Below are positions 60,094 through 64,000 of a DNA stretch of 64,000 bases, piece by piece. Every line of letters starts with the position of its first letter. The stretch's first letter is position 1. Under the pieces are notes generated by a model. That model worked only from the letters and a program-made list of their open reading frames with translations. It made no database searches and was not told where the DNA came from. A program made the position numbers and the translations under genes. Source of the DNA: Alphaproteobacteria bacterium HGW-Alphaproteobacteria-4 (GTDB lineage: Bacteria; Pseudomonadota; Alphaproteobacteria; Rhodobacterales; Rhodobacteraceae); assembly GCA_002842855.1 (NCBI GenBank), contig PHEE01000007.1:1139-65138 (forward strand), given 5' to 3'.

Positions 60094-61500
60094 ATGATTC
60101 CGGTGCAGGGTTTCGAGCGGCAGAAGGTCGCGGTTTTGGGGCTCGGGCGCTCGGGTCTTGCGACTGCGGCAGCGCTGGCGGCGGGGGGCGCCGAAGTGCT
60201 CGCCTGGGATGACAGTGCCGAGGCGCGCGCGAATGCCGAGGCGGCGGGGTTCAGCCTGAACGATCTTGGCCGCGCGGATGCGTGGCAAGGGGTGGCGGCG
60301 CTGATCGTAAGCCCAGGCATCGCGCACCTTTATCCCGCGCCGCACAAGCTGATAGCCCGTGCGATGGCCGAAGGCGTGGCGGTCGATAACGACATCGGCC
60401 TGTTCTTCCGCTCCTGGGCGGGGGAAGATTGGGACCAGTTCGACGTGACCCCGAAATGCGTGGCGGTCACCGGGTCGAACGGCAAATCGACCACCACGGC
60501 GCTGATCCACCACATTCTGCAAACCGCCGGGCGCCCAACGCAGATGGCGGGCAACATCGGGCGCGCGGTGTTCGACCTCGCGCCTGCGGTCGAAGGCGAA
60601 GTGGTGGTGCTGGAGCTTTCGTCGTATCAGACCGAGCTTGCCCGTGCGCTGACCCCGGATGTGGCGGTATTCACCAACCTCACCCCTGATCATCTCGACC
60701 GTCACGGCGGCCTGGGCGGCTACTTTGCTGCCAAGCGGCGGCTTTTTGCCGAGGGCGGCCCGGACCGTGCGGTGATCGGCGTGGATGAGCCTGAGGGGGT
60801 GTTTTTGGCCGATCAGTTGGCCGTTGGCCCCGAGGATGACCGGGTGATCCGCATCTCGTCGGGGCAAAAACTGGGCGCTTTCGGCTGGTCGGTGTTCGCG
60901 CGCAAGGGGTTTCTGGCGGAATGGCGCAAGGGGCGGCAGGTGGCCTCGGTCGATCTGCGTGCCATCGCCGGGTTGCCCGGTGCGCATAACCACCAGAACG
61001 CCTGCGCCGCATGGGCCGCGGTGCGCGCGCTTGGCGTGCCCCCGCGCGAGATCGAGGCGGCCTTGCACACATTCGCGGGCCTGCCGCACCGCAGCCAGAC
61101 AGTGGCCGAGGCCGGCGGGGTACGCTTTGTAAACGATTCCAAGGCCACCAATGTCGATAGTGCCGCCAAGGCCTTGCAGGCCTTTGCCCGCATCCGCTGG
61201 ATCGCCGGCGGCCTTGGCAAAGAGGGCGGCATTGGCGCGCTGAAACCGCACCTTGGCGCGGTGGTGAAGGCCTATCTCATCGGCCACTCGGGGCGCGATT
61301 TCGCGCTGGAGCTGGGCGAGGTGCCGCAGGAGATCTGCGAAACGATGGAGCGCGCGGTGGCCCGCGCCGCATCCGAGGCCGAGCCGGGCGATGTCGTGCT
61401 GCTGGCCCCGGCGGCGGCGAGTTTTGACCAATACGCCAATTTCGAAAAGCGCGGCGAACATTTCACGGCGCTGGTCAAGGCGCATCTGGGGCTGGCGTGA
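60094..61500 (+). CDS. murD: UDP-N-acetylmuramoylalanine--D-glutamate ligase
   Basis: ATG 60094 after GGAGGG; GSNGKST P-loop. Confidence 0.93.
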   Translation: MIPVQGFERQKVAVLGLGRSGLATAAALAAGGAEVLAWDDSAEARANAEAAGFSLNDLGRADAWQGVAALIVSPGIAHLYPAPHKLIARAMAEGVAVDNDIGLFFRSWAGEDWDQFDVTPKCVAVTGSNGKSTTTALIHHILQTAGRPTQMAGNIGRAVFDLAPAVEGEVVVLELSSYQTELARALTPDVAVFTNLTPDHLDRHGGLGGYFAAKRRLFAEGGPDRAVIGVDEPEGVFLADQLAVGPEDDRVIRISSGQKLGAFGWSVFARKGFLAEWRKGRQVASVDLRAIAGLPGAHNHQNACAAWAAVRALGVPPREIEAALHTFAGLPHRSQTVAEAGGVRFVNDSKATNVDSAAKALQAFARIRWIAGGLGKEGGIGALKPHLGAVVKAYLIGHSGRDFALELGEVPQEICETMERAVARAASEAEPGDVVLLAPAAASFDQYANFEKRGEHFTALVKAHLGLA

Positions 61501-61958
61501 TGGACGGGCGCTGCACCTGCGGCGCGGTGCGCTACCGCCTTGCTGCGGCCCCGCTTTTCACCCACGCGTGCCATTGCACCTGGTGCCAGCGCGAAAGCGG
61601 CAGCGCCTTCGCGCTCAACGCGTTGATCGAGGCAGACCGGCTGGAGGTTGCGGGCGCAGTTGAGGAAATCGTCATCCCTTCGGCCTCGGGCAAGGGGCAG
61701 ACGGTGGCGCGCTGCCCGGCCTGCAAGGTGGCGCTTTACAGCTACTACGCGGGTGCGGGGCGCAAAGTGGCTTTTGTGCGGGTTGGCACGTTTGCGCACC
61801 CCGCCACATGCCCGCCCGACATCCACATTTTCACCGAAACAAAGCTGCCTTCGCTGGTGCTGCCCGATGGCGCGCGCGTGGTGCCGGAATACTATCGGCG
61901 CAGCGCCGAGTGGCCCGCTGACAGCCTCGCGCGGTGGGCAGCGCTCAACAGCGGCTGA
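61500..61958 (+). CDS. GFA-family protein (glutathione-dependent formaldehyde-activating enzyme/CENP-V fold)
   Basis: Cys-rich motifs CTCG, CHCTWC, CPAC; 152 aa; the start overlaps the murD stop. Confidence 0.8.
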   Translation: MDGRCTCGAVRYRLAAAPLFTHACHCTWCQRESGSAFALNALIEADRLEVAGAVEEIVIPSASGKGQTVARCPACKVALYSYYAGAGRKVAFVRVGTFAHPATCPPDIHIFTETKLPSLVLPDGARVVPEYYRRSAEWPADSLARWAALNSG

Positions 61959-62065
61959 ACAGTCGCGTTGCCGGGTATCTTGTGCTGGCATGGTGGCCGG
62001 TTTGGCGCTACACTTTGCGCCGAGACCCGGAGAACCGGGCGATTGAGGCAGTACGGCGGTGAATC

Positions 62066-63232
62066 ATGACTGAGATGGTGTTCGGCACCGTGCCCGTGAG
62101 GGCGGGCGAGCCTGTGCTGCCGCGTTGGTGGCGCACGCTCGACAAATGGACCCTCGGCGCCGTACTGGCGCTGTTTGGCATCGGCATTCTGCTCGGCCTG
62201 GCCGCCTCTGTGCCGCTGGCCGAAAAGAATGGCCTGCCGCCCTTCTATTATGTCACCCGCCAGCTGGTGTTCGGCGGCGTGGCGCTGGCCTGCATGCTCG
62301 GCTTTTCGATGCTTTCGCCGGTCAATGTCCGCAGGCTTGGCGTGGTGGGCTTTGCTGCCGCGTTTCTGGCGCTTGCGTTGCTGCCGCTGTTCGGCACCGA
62401 TTTTGGCAAGGGCGCGGTGCGCTGGTACTCCTTCGGCTTTGGCAGCTTTCAGCCGTCCGAGTTTCTCAAACCCGGATTCGTGGTGCTTGTGGCCTGGTTC
62501 TTTGCCGCAGCACAAGATGTGGGCGGTCCGCCGGGCAAGCGCTATTCGCTGTTCGTGACATTGGTGGTGGTGGGCCTGCTTGCCGCGCAGCCCGACTTTG
62601 GTCAGGCTGCGCTGGTGCTGTTCATCTGGTGCGTAATCTATTTTGTCGCGGGGGCGCCCACGCTTTTGCTGGTGGCGCTTGCAGGGTTGACGGTGCTGGG
62701 CGGGGTCGGCGCCTACAACAGTTCCGAACATTTCGCGCGCCGGATTGACGGCTACCTCTCGACCGAAATCGATCCGCGCACGCAAATAGGCTACGCCACC
62801 AATGCCATTCAGGAAGGCGGGCTGCTTGGCGTGGGTGTTGGCGGGGGCACGGTAAAGTGGCAATTGCCTGATGCGCATACCGACTTCATCGTTGCCGTTG
62901 CCGCCGAGGAATATGGCCTGATTCTGGTGCTGGCGATCATTCTGCTTTACGCGGCGGTGGTGGCGATGTCGCTCTACCGGCTGACCAACGAACGCGACAT
63001 ATTCACGCGGCTTGCGGGCACCGGGCTTGCCTGCGCCTTCGGGGTGCAGGCCTTCATCAACATGGGGGTGGCGGTTCGGCTGTTGCCCGCAAAAGGCATG
63101 ACGCTGCCGTTTGTCAGCTACGGCGGCAGTTCGGTTATTGCGTCCGGCATCGCCATAGGCATGTTGCTGGCGCTGACCCGCCGCCGTCCGCAAGGCCAGT
63201 TTGCCGAGATCCTCGCGCGGAGGGGGCGATGA
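62066..63232 (+). CDS. ftsW: SEDS-family peptidoglycan glycosyltransferase FtsW
   Basis: 388-aa polytopic protein; ...PDAHTDFI... and ...[14 protein letters not shown]... motifs. Confidence 0.93.
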   Translation: MTEMVFGTVPVRAGEPVLPRWWRTLDKWTLGAVLALFGIGILLGLAASVPLAEKNGLPPFYYVTRQLVFGGVALACMLGFSMLSPVNVRRLGVVGFAAAFLALALLPLFGTDFGKGAVRWYSFGFGSFQPSEFLKPGFVVLVAWFFAAAQDVGGPPGKRYSLFVTLVVVGLLAAQPDFGQAALVLFIWCVIYFVAGAPTLLLVALAGLTVLGGVGAYNSSEHFARRIDGYLSTEIDPRTQIGYATNAIQEGGLLGVGVGGGTVKWQLPDAHTDFIVAVAAEEYGLILVLAIILLYAAVVAMSLYRLTNERDIFTRLAGTGLACAFGVQAFINMGVAVRLLPAKGMTLPFVSYGGSSVIASGIAIGMLLALTRRRPQGQFAEILARRGR

Positions 63233-64000
63233 CCGGGCCGCTGCTGCTGATTGCTGCCGGGGGCACAGGCGGGCACATGTTTCCCGCGCAGGCGCTGGCC
63301 GAGGCGATGGTGCGGCGTGGCTGGCGGGTGAAACTGTCCACCGACGCACGCGGCGCGCGATATACCGGGGGTTTCCCGCATGTGGTGCAGGTTGAACAGG
63401 TCGCCAGCGCCACCTTTGCGCGCGGCGGTGCGCTGGCCAAGGCGATGGTGCCATTTGCCATTGCACGCGGAGTGCTGGCGGCGGTGCGGGCATTCCGGCG
63501 TGATCGGCCCGCAGTGGTGGTCGGCTTTGGCGGCTACCCGACGATTCCGGCACTGACGGCGGCGGTTCTGCTACGGCTGCCGCGCGCCATCCATGAGCAA
63601 AATGGCGTGCTGGGCCGGGTGAACCGGCTTTTTGCGCGCCGCGTGCAGGGTTTTGCCTGCGGCACCTGGCCAACCGCTCTGCCTGCGGGCGTGGTGGGTG
63701 TGCACACCGGAAACCCGGTTCGCGCCGCCGTGCTCGACCGCGCCGGTGCCCCCTACATTCCGCCCGGCGACTACCCGTTAAGCCTGCTGATCCTTGGTGG
63801 CAGCCAGGGCGCGCGGGTGCTTTCCGAGGTGGTGCCTACGGCGCTTGCCAGCCTGCCCGAGCCTTTGCGCGCGCAATTGCGCGTTACCCATCAGGCCCGC
63901 GACGAGGACCGGGCAGAGGTGATCGCCGCCTATGCCGCTGCCCGGATTTCGGCCGAGGTGCAGCCCTTTTTCACTGATATACCCCGCCGCCTTTCGGAAG
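63229..64000 (+). CDS. murG: UDP-N-acetylglucosamine--N-acetylmuramyl-(pentapeptide) pyrophosphoryl-undecaprenol GlcNAc transferase (partial, runs off the window)
   Basis: My own translation from ATG 63229 (ATGA overlap with ftsW): [27 protein letters not shown]... No stop before base 64000, so it is absent from the ORF track. Confidence 0.93.
   Translation, partial: MTGPLLLIAAGGTGGHMFPAQALAEAMVRRGWRVKLSTDARGARYTGGFPHVVQVEQVASATFARGGALAKAMVPFAIARGVLAAVRAFRRDRPAVVVGFGGYPTIPALTAAVLLRLPRAIHEQNGVLGRVNRLFARRVQGFACGTWPTALPAGVVGVHTGNPVRAAVLDRAGAPYIPPGDYPLSLLILGGSQGARVLSEVVPTALASLPEPLRAQLRVTHQARDEDRAEVIAAYAAARISAEVQPFFTDIPRRLSE

Overview
GC-rich, densely coding chromosomal window that looks alphaproteobacterial (Rhodobacteraceae-type gene content and gene order). 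Coordinates 1-17.2 kb hold two regulator-linked catabolic and transport modules. The first is LacI plus a TRAP transporter, a 2-hydroxyacid dehydrogenase, an M24 peptidase, an amidohydrolase-2 decarboxylase-like enzyme and a GST. The second is IclR plus a cyclase, cupin, SDR, 3-hydroxyacyl-CoA-DH-like enzyme, a Liv-type ABC importer and a BKACE enzyme. Coordinates 17.3-24.8 kb form a denitrification island (nnrR, nirS, norCBQD) with two identical NNR/FNR-type boxes. In that island norB and norD are disrupted and no heme d1 biosynthesis genes are present. Coordinates 25-49.7 kb are mostly housekeeping: tRNA-Met(CAU), purMN, rnd, sufE, ridA, tRNA-Gly(CCC), dksA, xthA, dgt, prfC, uvrD and rlmJ. 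This stretch also holds a few poorly characterised genes: a Hint/BIL-domain protein, an alpha/alpha-toroid protein, a RamA-like ferredoxin-ASKHA protein, a MoxR ATPase and a 238-aa orphan. At 49.8-50.4 kb (minus strand) a DUF1127 gene is followed by four tandem two-hairpin units with CCUCCUCCC loops, matching the ccaF1-CcsR type anti-Shine-Dalgarno sRNA array known from Rhodobacter sphaeroides. Coordinates 50.6-64 kb carry apbC/mrp and the dcw cluster mraZ-rsmH-ftsL-ftsI-murE-murF-mraY-murD-(GFA gene)-ftsW-murG. The cluster is preceded by a long leader with phased repeats and an internal terminator (UpsM-like). Two observations stand out. One is the sRNA array and the dcw leader, which gene callers normally miss. 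The other is a set of four to five short deletion-like junctions inside otherwise conserved genes (BKACE, norB, norD, uvrD/rlmJ); these could be biological decay or assembly joins. I recognised no CRISPR array, rRNA, transposase or integrase. I found no convincing entirely novel multi-gene system and say so.
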